NCBI GenBank assembly: GCA_040388665.1
Contig: JAZKBL010000012.1
Span: forward strand, 67,390 to 131,389
Direction: 5' to 3'
Source: Chlamydiota bacterium
GTDB lineage: Bacteria; Chlamydiota; Chlamydiia; Chlamydiales; Rhabdochlamydiaceae
Length of the DNA stretch: 64,000 bases
Shown: positions 10,101 to 19,400 of the stretch, one piece after another
How positions within the stretch are numbered: position 1 is the first letter of the stretch
Layout: every line of letters starts with the position of its first letter
Program-made: the position numbers and the translations under genes
The notes under the pieces: model-generated
Told to the model about the DNA's origin: nothing
Database searches by the model: none
The model's input: only the letters and a program-made list of their open reading frames with translations

Positions 10101-10802
10101 ATGATGAATTTTAAAGATGCAATGGAAACTGCTTGGTCTCAAGAATATCAGAGAAAAGGGATACCTTCTTCTTTTAGAAAAGATCCCACTAAAGTTCTCG
10201 TTGAGTTCATTGCTTGGGCTAAAGAAAGGGGCAAAACAGAAGGTTTTGCTGCAGACATCGGCTGTGGTCAGGGAAGAAATAGCTTTTATTTGGTAAGTCA
10301 AGGATTTCACGTTGCTGCCATCGATCTTCTTCAAGAAAATGCAGATAGCATCAATGATACAGCAAAGAAAAACCATCTTCCTGTGCGCGCTTATGCACAA
10401 ACTGTAGCAGGAACATGGCCCATTGCACCAAACTCACTTGACATTGCCATCGATATCTTTTGCTATAAACATGTTACTCTAAAAGAAGGGCAAAAAAAAT
10501 ACAGAAACTCCCTTTGGAACTCTCTTAAACCCGATGGACACTACTTCATTTCACTTGCTTCTGACCGTGATGGATTCTACGGCCCCTTATTAGATGACTC
10601 CACAAATCCCGATGAAAAACTTATCATCGATCCCCACTCAAACATCCCCTCCTTCCTCTATTCTCTAGAAGATTTGATTGCAGAGTTCTCTGACCTCTTT
10701 GAACTCATCGAAGCACGCGAAACCTCTTCAATAAGCCCTATGTATGGAAAAGAATACCAAAGAAGCGTTCTGAACTGCATTTTTAAAAAGCGCTCCCCCT
10801 AA
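10101..10802 (+). CDS. class I SAM-dependent methyltransferase
   Basis: Motif I 'ADIGCGQGRNSFYL'. TehB-like overall layout. Confidence 0.75.
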   Translation: MMNFKDAMETAWSQEYQRKGIPSSFRKDPTKVLVEFIAWAKERGKTEGFAADIGCGQGRNSFYLVSQGFHVAAIDLLQENADSINDTAKKNHLPVRAYAQTVAGTWPIAPNSLDIAIDIFCYKHVTLKEGQKKYRNSLWNSLKPDGHYFISLASDRDGFYGPLLDDSTNPDEKLIIDPHSNIPSFLYSLEDLIAEFSDLFELIEARETSSISPMYGKEYQRSVLNCIFKKRSP

Positions 10803-10817
10803 AAAAGGTCATAAGCA

Positions 10818-11189
10818 ATGCCTCATTTAAGACTAGAATATTCAACAAACGTTAAAGAAGATCTTCATCCTGAAATACTTTTTCCTTCTTGCCATCGTAT
10901 CCTTGTCGATACGATCAATGCAGATTTATCCCGTTGCCAAAGTAGAGCCATCTCTCGAGACCTTTTCTACATAGGAGAAGGTTCATCACAAGAAGCTTTT
11001 GCTTATCTAGAAATCCTTCTTCTCGAAGGACGTCCACTCCCCAAACTCCAGGAAATGGCCAATCAACTCCTAGAAGTTCTTAAAAAATACTTCTCCCGTT
11101 CATTGCAAGAGCTCAACATGCAAATAGCCGTCCGCTTTGTAGAACTCCCCAAATCCCACTACTTTAAAACAGAATCAAAAATAACATGA
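10818..11189 (+). CDS. 5-carboxymethyl-2-hydroxymuconate isomerase-like (tautomerase superfamily) protein
   Basis: N-terminal 'MPHLRLEYS' with catalytic Pro1 context. About 120 aa. Confidence 0.65.
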   Translation: MPHLRLEYSTNVKEDLHPEILFPSCHRILVDTINADLSRCQSRAISRDLFYIGEGSSQEAFAYLEILLLEGRPLPKLQEMANQLLEVLKKYFSRSLQELNMQIAVRFVELPKSHYFKTESKIT

Positions 11190-11521
11190 GACATTTTCTA
11201 CTAATGACTGTTTGCTTATTGCCTGTTTTAGCATGCGCAGATGATGAAGAAGTTCTCTTCGAAAACGAGCAGATATGCGTTTCCAAATGGAAAATGGCGC
11301 CTGGAGAAACCCTTGAACTGCACCGCGATGAAAACCCTCAAGTCGTGATTGCTCTACAAGGCGGCACGATCACACGCATCGCTGAAGACGGCTCCACAAC
11401 CAATATTTTCCTACCTGCAGGACAAGCTGTCTTTCAAGAACCCGATCTTGAATGGCATCATGGCATCAATGCATCCAATGAAACAATCGAAGCAATTACG
11501 ATCGAGCTCAAAGTTAAATAG
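11186..11521 (+). CDS. exported cupin-domain protein
   Basis: Signal peptide 'LLMTVCLLPVLACA'. Cupin-like 'LHRDENPQ...G...WHHGINASNE'. 4-nt start/stop overlap with the upstream gene. Confidence 0.6.
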   Translation: MRHFLLMTVCLLPVLACADDEEVLFENEQICVSKWKMAPGETLELHRDENPQVVIALQGGTITRIAEDGSTTNIFLPAGQAVFQEPDLEWHHGINASNETIEAITIELKVK

Positions 11522-11540
11522 TAAAAACCTGTAATTCTTC

Positions 11541-11706
11541 TATTAGAGTTCTTCTAAAATCTCGGTAATTTTGGGAAGCTAAAATTTGTGAAGCCAAAAG
11601 TAGACATGTCGGGAACAAAGCACTTCGTGTCGTTGTTCCCGACATGTCTATTGTTGGCTCTATAATCTCAATTTTATGAACTCACGAGGGTTTTAGAAGA
11701 GGTCTA
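11541..11706. repeat. about 165-bp MITE-like imperfect palindrome
   Basis: Perfect inner 18-bp inverted repeat: tagacatgtcgggaacaa (11601-11618) / ttgttcccgacatgtcta (11633-11650). Outer arms tagagttcttctaaaa (11544-11559) / ttttagaagaggtcta (11691-11706) match 14/16. The left 78 bp recur at 53213-53290. Confidence 0.65.
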
Positions 11707-11716
11707 TTTAATGACT

Positions 11717-11742
11717 ACTCCCTCTCTTAAAAATGAGGGAGT
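11717..11742. terminator. 8-bp stem hairpin between convergent genes
   Basis: actccctc (11717-11724) / gagggagt (11735-11742) with a 10-nt loop. It sits just downstream of the stop of the minus-strand gene ending at 11757. No U-tract. Confidence 0.4.
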
Positions 11743-11756
11743 GGAGTTGTATCCGC

Positions 11757-12938
11757 TTAGTTGTCTGAAGTTTTGCCCCAGAAAAAGTTTAAATTTCTGC
11801 TATAAAGCCTATCAAGTTCTGTGCGGTCGAGCTGCTCTAATTCTTGCGTGCGCATCACATCCGTGCCAGGAATAAATGTTCCGCCAAGTGTTCCATAGAC
11901 AACTTTTCCGTCAGGACAGTCAGATGTCACTTGAAGGCATTTAGGAAACATATAGACATACTCATCGCTTCCATCTGCATCTTTTACCTTCGTATAAATC
12001 ATATAATTCATATGCTCTCTTCCAGACTGTTCATTCAAATTAAGCAAATGACCTCGTACAGCAACCATCTTATCATCTCCATTTAAGCTCTTAGCGCCAA
12101 GTCCTGAGCAATTAAACACAATTTCTTCTGTAACTTCGCTAAAAGTTTTAAATTCTTTTTCTTCAACGGGGATCTCTAATTTAGCGACGGTCTCTCTAAG
12201 TTGAATCATAATCTGCGTTGTATCCATAAAATACGTGATAAATTTAACAAAATTCGGACGAATAACCCCATTGCCAAAGTCAAGAGTGACGTATTCTCTT
12301 TCAGGGATCAGTCCCTCATTTTCTAAATCTTCTACTCCAGCTTCTGTTTCAACACTGCAGTAAACAGGAAGCAAGCGCGCACACTCAGATGTTATATACG
12401 GATGCTTTCCTTCATGGATCACTTTAAACTCTTTAAATGTGTCTAGGCCGATTTTGTTTAAATTTAACTGCTCTTCTGGATCTGTTTGAACAGAAACTAA
12501 AGCAAAATATCCTGCATTTTTCCATGAAGGAATGTCGTAAAATTCTTTTGCTGTTATCCCAGCTACTTGATAACCCTTCAAAGAAAGCTCGATTGCAGCA
12601 ATCATCCCGATGATACCACTACCAATAACACGAATAGGTGTTGCAGGCAGATCTCCCAACTGATCTTCAAAAAGCTTAATCGCTTTTTTTACAGAACCAA
12701 ACGATGTCGTACATCCAGAGCCTCCATGACCATAGCAATGAACGAGCAATTTCCCTTCTTTCTCTTCAGACGAAATATTGAATTTCCCCTCTCTCATAGG
12801 TCTTGTGCACATGATTTTTTCATCGATGGACGCGGGTTTAATAATAGGTGGTGTTAACACTTCAATTTTTTCTGCAAACATAGCTGTAGATATACTAAAG
12901 CTCAAACAAAGAGCGCTTACTGCTTGAATCAATTTCAT
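11757..12938 (-). CDS. exported FAD-dependent D-amino-acid-oxidase-family oxidoreductase, apparently circularly permuted
   Basis: Signal peptide. 'RPMREG...LLVHCYGHGGSGCTTSFG' (the DAAO C-terminal signature) lies N-terminal to the Rossmann 'IRVIGSGIIGMIAAIELSLKG'. 'VFNCSGLGAKSL..VRGHL' also fits DAAO. Confidence 0.8.
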   Translation of the reverse strand: MKLIQAVSALCLSFSISTAMFAEKIEVLTPPIIKPASIDEKIMCTRPMREGKFNISSEEKEGKLLVHCYGHGGSGCTTSFGSVKKAIKLFEDQLGDLPATPIRVIGSGIIGMIAAIELSLKGYQVAGITAKEFYDIPSWKNAGYFALVSVQTDPEEQLNLNKIGLDTFKEFKVIHEGKHPYITSECARLLPVYCSVETEAGVEDLENEGLIPEREYVTLDFGNGVIRPNFVKFITYFMDTTQIMIQLRETVAKLEIPVEEKEFKTFSEVTEEIVFNCSGLGAKSLNGDDKMVAVRGHLLNLNEQSGREHMNYMIYTKVKDADGSDEYVYMFPKCLQVTSDCPDGKVVYGTLGGTFIPGTDVMRTQELEQLDRTELDRLYSRNLNFFWGKTSDN

Positions 12939-13112
12939 AATAGCTTGTCCTGTAAAGGTTGCGATGAACTCGAAGGTAATCGCTTAATTTTTTTTTGTCC
13001 ACAGCAGGTTTTTGAATTGATAAATTCCCCTTGAAGGTGCTGTAATGAACATTTATACCGAAATGAATTCAAAATTTGGATATAAAATCTTCGAACATAT
13101 AGGAGTTTCAAC

Positions 13113-14150
13113 ATGCTATTAGGAGCGTTACTTGCCATGAAAGCAATTGTCTTAAATGGATCTAATCTTTCATTAGAAGAAAAAGAAAAACCTTTTCCAC
13201 AGATAGGCGAAGTGAGAATCCGCGTTAAAGCTGTCGGGTTCAATCCCGTTGACTGGAAAATACGCGATCAATGGTTTGGCACGCCCGCAAGCGATATCCT
13301 CGGCAGTGATGCAAGTGGCGTTGTCGATGCTATAGGCGAGGGCATTACCCGCTTTAAAGTGGGCGATGAAGTGTATGCGATGACAATGTCGCGCTGCTCC
13401 AATGGAAGCTACGCTGAATATACATGTATTCCCGAGGAGCTTCTTGCAAAAAAACCATCTACTCTCTCTTTTGAACAAGCAGCAGCAATCCCCCTCACTG
13501 CAATGACAGCTTACCGCATGACGCTTGCAGAGAACACCATAAAAAAAGGGGATACGGTCTTTATACCAGGAGCTGGCGGCGGCGTTGGAACTTTTGCTAC
13601 ACAATTTGCAGAGCTTGCAAAAGCGCAATCGATCATGACAGTTGCAAAAAATGAAAAGAGCAAAAACTACTTACACGAGCACTCCCATATCCCTCTTGAC
13701 AATATCCTCATCTATGAAGGGCTATCTACAGAAGAACTTACAAAAAAGCTCATCGAAATGAACGGAGGCAACCGCTTTGATGTCTCTGTAGATCTTGTTG
13801 GGGGCTCGATGAAAGAAGTCTGTTTGCATGTCACACAAGATACGGGGACCTTTGTCACAATTGTAGGATACGGAGAAACTTATCCTGATGATCAATGCGC
13901 AATTAAGCAAGTTTTCGTAGGAACAGAACTTGGAGACTTTGCACGCGCTCTACCTGGAAAAACAGACCGCAGCCAATGGACTATCTACACTGACCATATG
14001 CACCTCATTTCTCAAATGCTCGAAAGTGGCGACATAGAGCCACCCTCTGTGCACGATCTTGGAACGCTCGCAACAGAAACCGTCGAACAAGCCCATGCTC
14101 TTCTTAAAGCAGGAAGAACTAAAGGCAAACTCATCATGAGCGTTCCTTGA
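13113..14150 (+). CDS. medium-chain dehydrogenase/reductase (NADPH:quinone oxidoreductase-like)
   Basis: 'MKAIVLNG' N-terminus and nucleotide motif 'IPGAGGGVGTFATQFA'. ATG 13137 is an alternative start. Confidence 0.85.
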   Translation: MLLGALLAMKAIVLNGSNLSLEEKEKPFPQIGEVRIRVKAVGFNPVDWKIRDQWFGTPASDILGSDASGVVDAIGEGITRFKVGDEVYAMTMSRCSNGSYAEYTCIPEELLAKKPSTLSFEQAAAIPLTAMTAYRMTLAENTIKKGDTVFIPGAGGGVGTFATQFAELAKAQSIMTVAKNEKSKNYLHEHSHIPLDNILIYEGLSTEELTKKLIEMNGGNRFDVSVDLVGGSMKEVCLHVTQDTGTFVTIVGYGETYPDDQCAIKQVFVGTELGDFARALPGKTDRSQWTIYTDHMHLISQMLESGDIEPPSVHDLGTLATETVEQAHALLKAGRTKGKLIMSVP

Positions 14151-14213
14151 AATCCGGTGACCGCTCCTTCGTCTTTAGGCGAGGGAGCAATCACCAAAAA
14201 ACCAACGCATACT

Positions 14214-14423
14214 TTACATCTTTTTTAGAAAGCAAGTTTTAAGAACAAGTGTCGATTTGCCTTCACGACACTCTACCTCTTCTTCGTTATCTGTGAGGCG
14301 GATATTTTTAAACACCTTCCCTCTCTTAAGAGTAAGCGACGACCCTTTGACTTTTAGATCTTTAATGACATGCACAGAGTCGCCTTCATTGAGAACATTC
14401 CCATTACTATCTTTTGTTGCCAA
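14214..14423 (-). CDS. PhnA/YjdM-family small protein (C-terminal domain only)
   Basis: 69 aa. 'DSNGNVLNEGDSVHVIKDLKVKGSS..LKRG..VKNIRL' is the typical PhnA C-terminal domain pattern. Confidence 0.7.
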   Translation of the reverse strand: MATKDSNGNVLNEGDSVHVIKDLKVKGSSLTLKRGKVFKNIRLTDNEEEVECREGKSTLVLKTCFLKKM

Positions 14424-14605
14424 AATTATTTCTCCTTTAAATGACCCCTAATTTTTCATTCGATGATACATTTTTTAACACCTCAAGACTTACTTTTTGA
14501 ATGAGCGATCGTACCGGAAGAAAAAGAGGAGACGGCAGCTCATCCCATTCAAACCACTCCCACCCTTCACAATACCTGCAAAAAATCTCATTTTAACAGA
14601 AGTTT

Positions 14606-15445
14606 TTAAAAACCAAAATTTTTAAATTTTTTTATATCAACTATAAGTCTAGCGCCAAGAAAACTAAGCCACAATCCTTCACTGAAGTCCCAGAGAAACT
14701 GAAAAGCTGGAAAAATAAATCCCGCTGCAAAAAGAACGCCTAGCCCAAAAATCACGCTTAGCGTCTGCATGATACGAAGCTGCATACTCTTCGTCTCAGA
14801 CTTCTTATCCATAATAAGTCCAACGCCCACCCCAAGATTTACAAAGAACAAGTAATAAATCCATGTAGGACTAACAGGCAAAAATTGCCCAAGAACAAGA
14901 AGAAAAAAAGGAAAAGCAATAGCTGCTACTCTCCACATCTTTTCTACAAGAGGAAAAAGCTTTTTATACGCTAAAACGAGAACTCCCCCAACAACCAATC
15001 CGCCCAAAATATCTGTCGGATAATGCATTCCAAGGTAGACTCTTGAAAAACAAAGAAACGCCGCAAAAATAACAGCGAACCACCTATAAAGACTTCTTTT
15101 ACACTCAATGAATACACAACCGACTAATATGACCGCTGTTTGGGCAGCTCCACTTGGGAAACCAAAAGAAGTACAGCACACAACTCCAACTGACGGATCA
15201 ACCTGACAAGGTCTCGGCTGATGAAATGCTCCTTTTAATAATTTATTTAAAATAAGACTCATCATCAAAGCATACAAAAGACGAGCTCCAATCCGTTTAT
15301 TCCAAAGGTACCAAACAAACGCAATCACAATGATATCAAAATATAGTGTATCAACGTAGTTCCAACCTTTGAAAAAAATATCCATCCAAGGCGTACGGAG
15401 CACCTCATGAAGATCACGTATCCACTGCAGTTGCATCTCAAGCAT
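14606..15445 (-). CDS. PAP2-family membrane phosphatase
   Basis: Motifs KGAFHQPRP (KxxxxxxRP), PSGAAQ (PSG) and SRVYLGMHYPTD (SRxxxxxHxxxD). Polytopic. Confidence 0.85.
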   Translation of the reverse strand: MLEMQLQWIRDLHEVLRTPWMDIFFKGWNYVDTLYFDIIVIAFVWYLWNKRIGARLLYALMMSLILNKLLKGAFHQPRPCQVDPSVGVVCCTSFGFPSGAAQTAVILVGCVFIECKRSLYRWFAVIFAAFLCFSRVYLGMHYPTDILGGLVVGGVLVLAYKKLFPLVEKMWRVAAIAFPFFLLVLGQFLPVSPTWIYYLFFVNLGVGVGLIMDKKSETKSMQLRIMQTLSVIFGLGVLFAAGFIFPAFQFLWDFSEGLWLSFLGARLIVDIKKFKNFGF

Positions 15446-15526
15446 TACTTCATCCTACCTGTCATGTCTAAATAATCATTGAATTTATGGATTTGTTGCT
15501 ACATAATCCTTGTGAGGACAATAAAA

Positions 15527-16333
15527 ATGAAAAAAATCTTCGCCTTGCTTGCATTTGTATTTCAAACTGTCTACGGAACCGATCCGCTTGAAGAATATTT
15601 CGCCTATATCAAGCAACTTGCAGAGCCAAAAGGCAATTACAAAAACGGAGAGATTGAGATCGTTCTTGATCCTGCAGAAATCTCTCAGATTCAAAAAATA
15701 CAACAAGAGCGCCTACTGAAAAAAGGCTTTTCAAAAAAAGAGGCTACCGAATTTTCCCGCATCGGCGTTATTTCTCACGATCATTACTGGGTTTGGCTAC
15801 GCGATGCTGTTTATTTCCCGAAAAAAATTCCAGGAACTTATGACAGACTACTCTGGAAAAATGAATTAACCGCTAAATCCCCAGGCGTTGCTGTCCTGCC
15901 CGTATTGCCTTCAGGCAACATCGTGTTAAATCTTAATTACAGACACGCAACAAGGTCGTGGGAACTCGAGCTTCCACGAGGAAGAGTTGACCCCCAAGAA
16001 ACCACTGAAAATGCCGCATTACGCGAAGTCAAAGAAGAAACTGGATTTGTAGCCTCTTTTTTAATTTTCTTAGGCGATATGGCACCAGATACTGGGGTAC
16101 TAGCGTCCGTCATACCTGTCTTCATGGGAAAAATTACAAGCAAAGAAGCTTCTAATCCAGATTACTCTGAAGCCATCGCCGATGTCCTTTCTTTCACCAA
16201 AGAGGAATTATCAAAAGGTCTTATTCAAGGTTTCTTAGAAGTCTCAATTGAGGGCAAAAAACAAAAAGTCCCCTTGCGTGATTCGTTTTTAACCTTTGCC
16301 TTATTTCAAGCAGAACTCCGCAAACTTCTTTAA
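15527..16333 (+). CDS. NUDIX hydrolase with N-terminal signal peptide
   Basis: Nudix box 'GRVDPQETTENAALREVKEETGF'. Start trimmed to ATG 15527 (MKKIFALLAFVFQTVYG). Confidence 0.8.
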   Translation: MKKIFALLAFVFQTVYGTDPLEEYFAYIKQLAEPKGNYKNGEIEIVLDPAEISQIQKIQQERLLKKGFSKKEATEFSRIGVISHDHYWVWLRDAVYFPKKIPGTYDRLLWKNELTAKSPGVAVLPVLPSGNIVLNLNYRHATRSWELELPRGRVDPQETTENAALREVKEETGFVASFLIFLGDMAPDTGVLASVIPVFMGKITSKEASNPDYSEAIADVLSFTKEELSKGLIQGFLEVSIEGKKQKVPLRDSFLTFALFQAELRKLL

Positions 16334-16477
16334 AAAAATAAAATATTATTTTTTTTCTTAAGCTGATGATTAACAACTAATTAACTCATATTATCTAATA
16401 ATTTACACATATTATACATAAATTAATTACAATTTTTAGTAGAATCGTACAAAACTACTTTAATTAATATGTAACTT

Positions 16478-19400
16478 ATGATAAATAATATAATTATTTT
16501 TAATAATTCAATTAACAATCAATTACAACCCTCTAATATAGAGGCACCTGAGATTTTAGAGCAAAATCCAATCCTCGAAGGTTATAGCAGCTCTGATGCA
16601 GCGGCTATCATCTTTCATTTATTCAATGCGCAATACATAAATTTTCAATCCAACTCAAAAACAACATCAAGTTTTCTCCCTTTGAGTTTCCTCATCCAAG
16701 AACTTGAAACACTTTTAGACCATCCAAAACTCAAAGAAGAACGGCACAATCTTGAAGAATTAATCATCTCTTATCGTTGCTCTTATACCGTAGGCCAATG
16801 GTTTGAACACATAGCAACGAATAAAGATGCCGTACGCGGACAGATCCTAGACTATCTTAAAAAACATGGCTGGATCTCCATTCCAACAGGTTACGCTGCA
16901 GAGCCCTCAGGGCACCGCATAACACTCTATCTCACCCTCGAAGAAAAACGGGGAAAAACCTATGTCAAAGGCAAAATCGCCAATCTAGGAGAAGGTCTTA
17001 ATAACCATCTTGAACATTATATCGGTGCAACAAAAACCTATTACGAACCTTGGCTAGAACTAGATAAAGTTCCTTTGGCAAAACTGGAATCTACTCCCTT
17101 CTTCGATCTACTTTTAGAATTACAACAATTAACACATCCTGATGGCGAAAAAACCTACTATTGTATCGAAGATTTCTACAACATACTCCTTCCCGCATGG
17201 CCGGGAATGATTTCTATGACAGAACATCCCATGCCTGCAACGAAACAACGTACAGGAGACTGCTCTCTAAAACCCTATCTTGTAGAACTCAATACAAAAA
17301 TAAGCGTAAAAACTGCTCGTTTTATTAAGTTGCATTTGACCAAGAAAAGCATAGAGTTGCTACTAGAGCATCCCGAGCTCACGCAATCTCTCTATAAAAC
17401 TGTTGAAGAAACCCTGCAAAAACTGATGCGGCGCGCACTTAAATTACAGAAAAAGGGAGATCTCAATGAAAAAGAGATTCAAGAGTATATTAACTTTACG
17501 CTAAAGAGCCAACTTGCGCTTAAAAAGATCCACCAAGATTCCCTATCACTTGCTAAACAGCACACTTTAGATTTCTCTCTTGTCCGCGACCTCTCTGAAG
17601 AAGGAGAGCTCATTTTCACGCAAAAAACACCTCTTGTTTTGGAAAATTCAGTAGAAAAAATAAAAGCTGAAGCCCCTGTAGCTACACATTGGATAGCAAC
17701 TCTTGTTAAAGACGCTGCAAAGAGCGTCAATGATGCCATGAAAAAATCAGATTACAATGAGTGCATGCGGCTGATTATAGATACTTTTGAAAAATTACCT
17801 CCAGCTACTGATCTTTATTGGAAAACTCAAATGACACCTAAGGTCATGAAGGGCATCAAAACGCTCCATCAAAGATTTCATTACGTTACTGAATACAAAA
17901 TTTTTAAAAAAGAAGAGCACATCTATATCACTCCAACAATGGCAATCATTGCGCTCAAAGCATTTGCCATCACTGTTGCATCAGGAAGCATGCTCGGGCT
18001 CCCTCAAGATTTCGTGCATTTTTTTGCAGGGTCTTTATTAAAGCGGATTGAGGAAGCACAAAACCATTACCGTCCCTTAACTCCTTTTCAAGCCAACGAA
18101 TACCGTTCTTCTTTAAAGATTTTGAAAGAAGCCAGTCAACTCGATTCTCCTACTCTTAAAATTACAACGCCTCAGCTCGATCAATATGGGATCCACCATA
18201 GCCACGTCGTTAGCTCCCAACAATTTGAAACGCCTCGCGATGTTTTTAATGACCCTTACATTAAATTTTTAAATACACTTATCACAGAAAAAAATGAAGC
18301 CAAGTTCGAAAAATTTAAAAGGCCTCATGCAACAAGAGAATACCTAGCAATCCATCACATGGGCTTAGTTGCATTGAATAATATTGGTTGTTACAGCCTC
18401 ATCGATATGTATGAGCTCTCTATCTTATTCTTTTACTTAAGCAGTGGAGTTTTTGATACCGACTCAAGCTTAACTCAAGGTAGACCACTTCTTGATAAGA
18501 AAAAAATTCCAGGATATGTTCTAACGGTGTTTAAAGAATGGGGTATTGAAAAAAGCGAAGCTCAAACAACCCGTGAAGTGATTGAGGGGCTCTTCTTAAG
18601 TGCACATCATCGCTTGGCTGACCCTAAAGTGCTTGATGAACTTCTTAGCTCTGACCTCTCTAACATTCGAAGCCAGAATGAACTCCTCTCTTTAACCCCC
18701 AAATCAAAAAAAATTGCACCCCCACTCTTCAAAGACCTCCTGCTCGGAAGGCTTTACCCCGATCTTGCAGTTCCCCTATGGATCGATTATCTTTCTCAAC
18801 ATACAAACACACTTCAAGCTCCAACCCTTCAAGCCTTTTTATCGTTAGCTATTTTTGCACGCATCCCAGGAACGGATGATTTCGTCATAGAAAAGGTGAT
18901 GCGAGACAATAGTCTTATCAAGGAGCGTCTTTTCGAATTCTTGCGCTCTAGAATCAAAAAAACCGCTACGGAGCAATTTCTTGACATCCATTTTCTTTAT
19001 CTTAGAGTCTATGTGCACTCTCTCTTGTTCGCTAAGGAAGCAGGAGTTAATCTAGAATCAGAAATCTCTTTTTTAAAAACCCGCCTTGAGACACTTTTAA
19101 CGAGTAAAAAATATTCAGAAGAGGCAAGACAGCTCATTGGGTGGCAGCTCACAGCGCTGTTTACCTACTTGCGTGCATGGGGTGACGAATTAACTGATTT
19201 TTGTAATCGAGCCTACAATCTTGTCAAAGAAATCCCTATTACAACCGACTCTGAAGTGATTTCTCAGGAATACCGCTATGCAGAACACATCCTCTCCCAC
19301 TTGGACCTCCAACAAAAAGCCAAAATCCCTTCTTGGATCATCTCTGACTCTAAATTTCCTTACCGAACAATCACTTCCATCAAAACATCAGAAGATAAAC

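Noticed and set aside
14163-14188. 9-bp stem hairpin between the MDR reductase and phnA-like genes, considered as a terminator.
   Set aside because: No U-tract follows the stem on either strand; on the minus strand the T-run precedes the hairpin. It is too weak to call.
16334-16477. Shared 13-mer AAATTAATTACAA in the AT-rich leaders of the giant ORF (about 16421-16433) and of the 28298-28873 hypothetical gene (about 28189-28201, in the 28155-28297 intergenic region), plus similar TTAATTA-rich leaders at 34801 and 42430-42520. Considered as a common effector-promoter motif.
   Set aside because: These regions are more than 80% A+T and low complexity, so a 13-mer match there is weak evidence. 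It cannot be distinguished from chance without genome-wide statistics.
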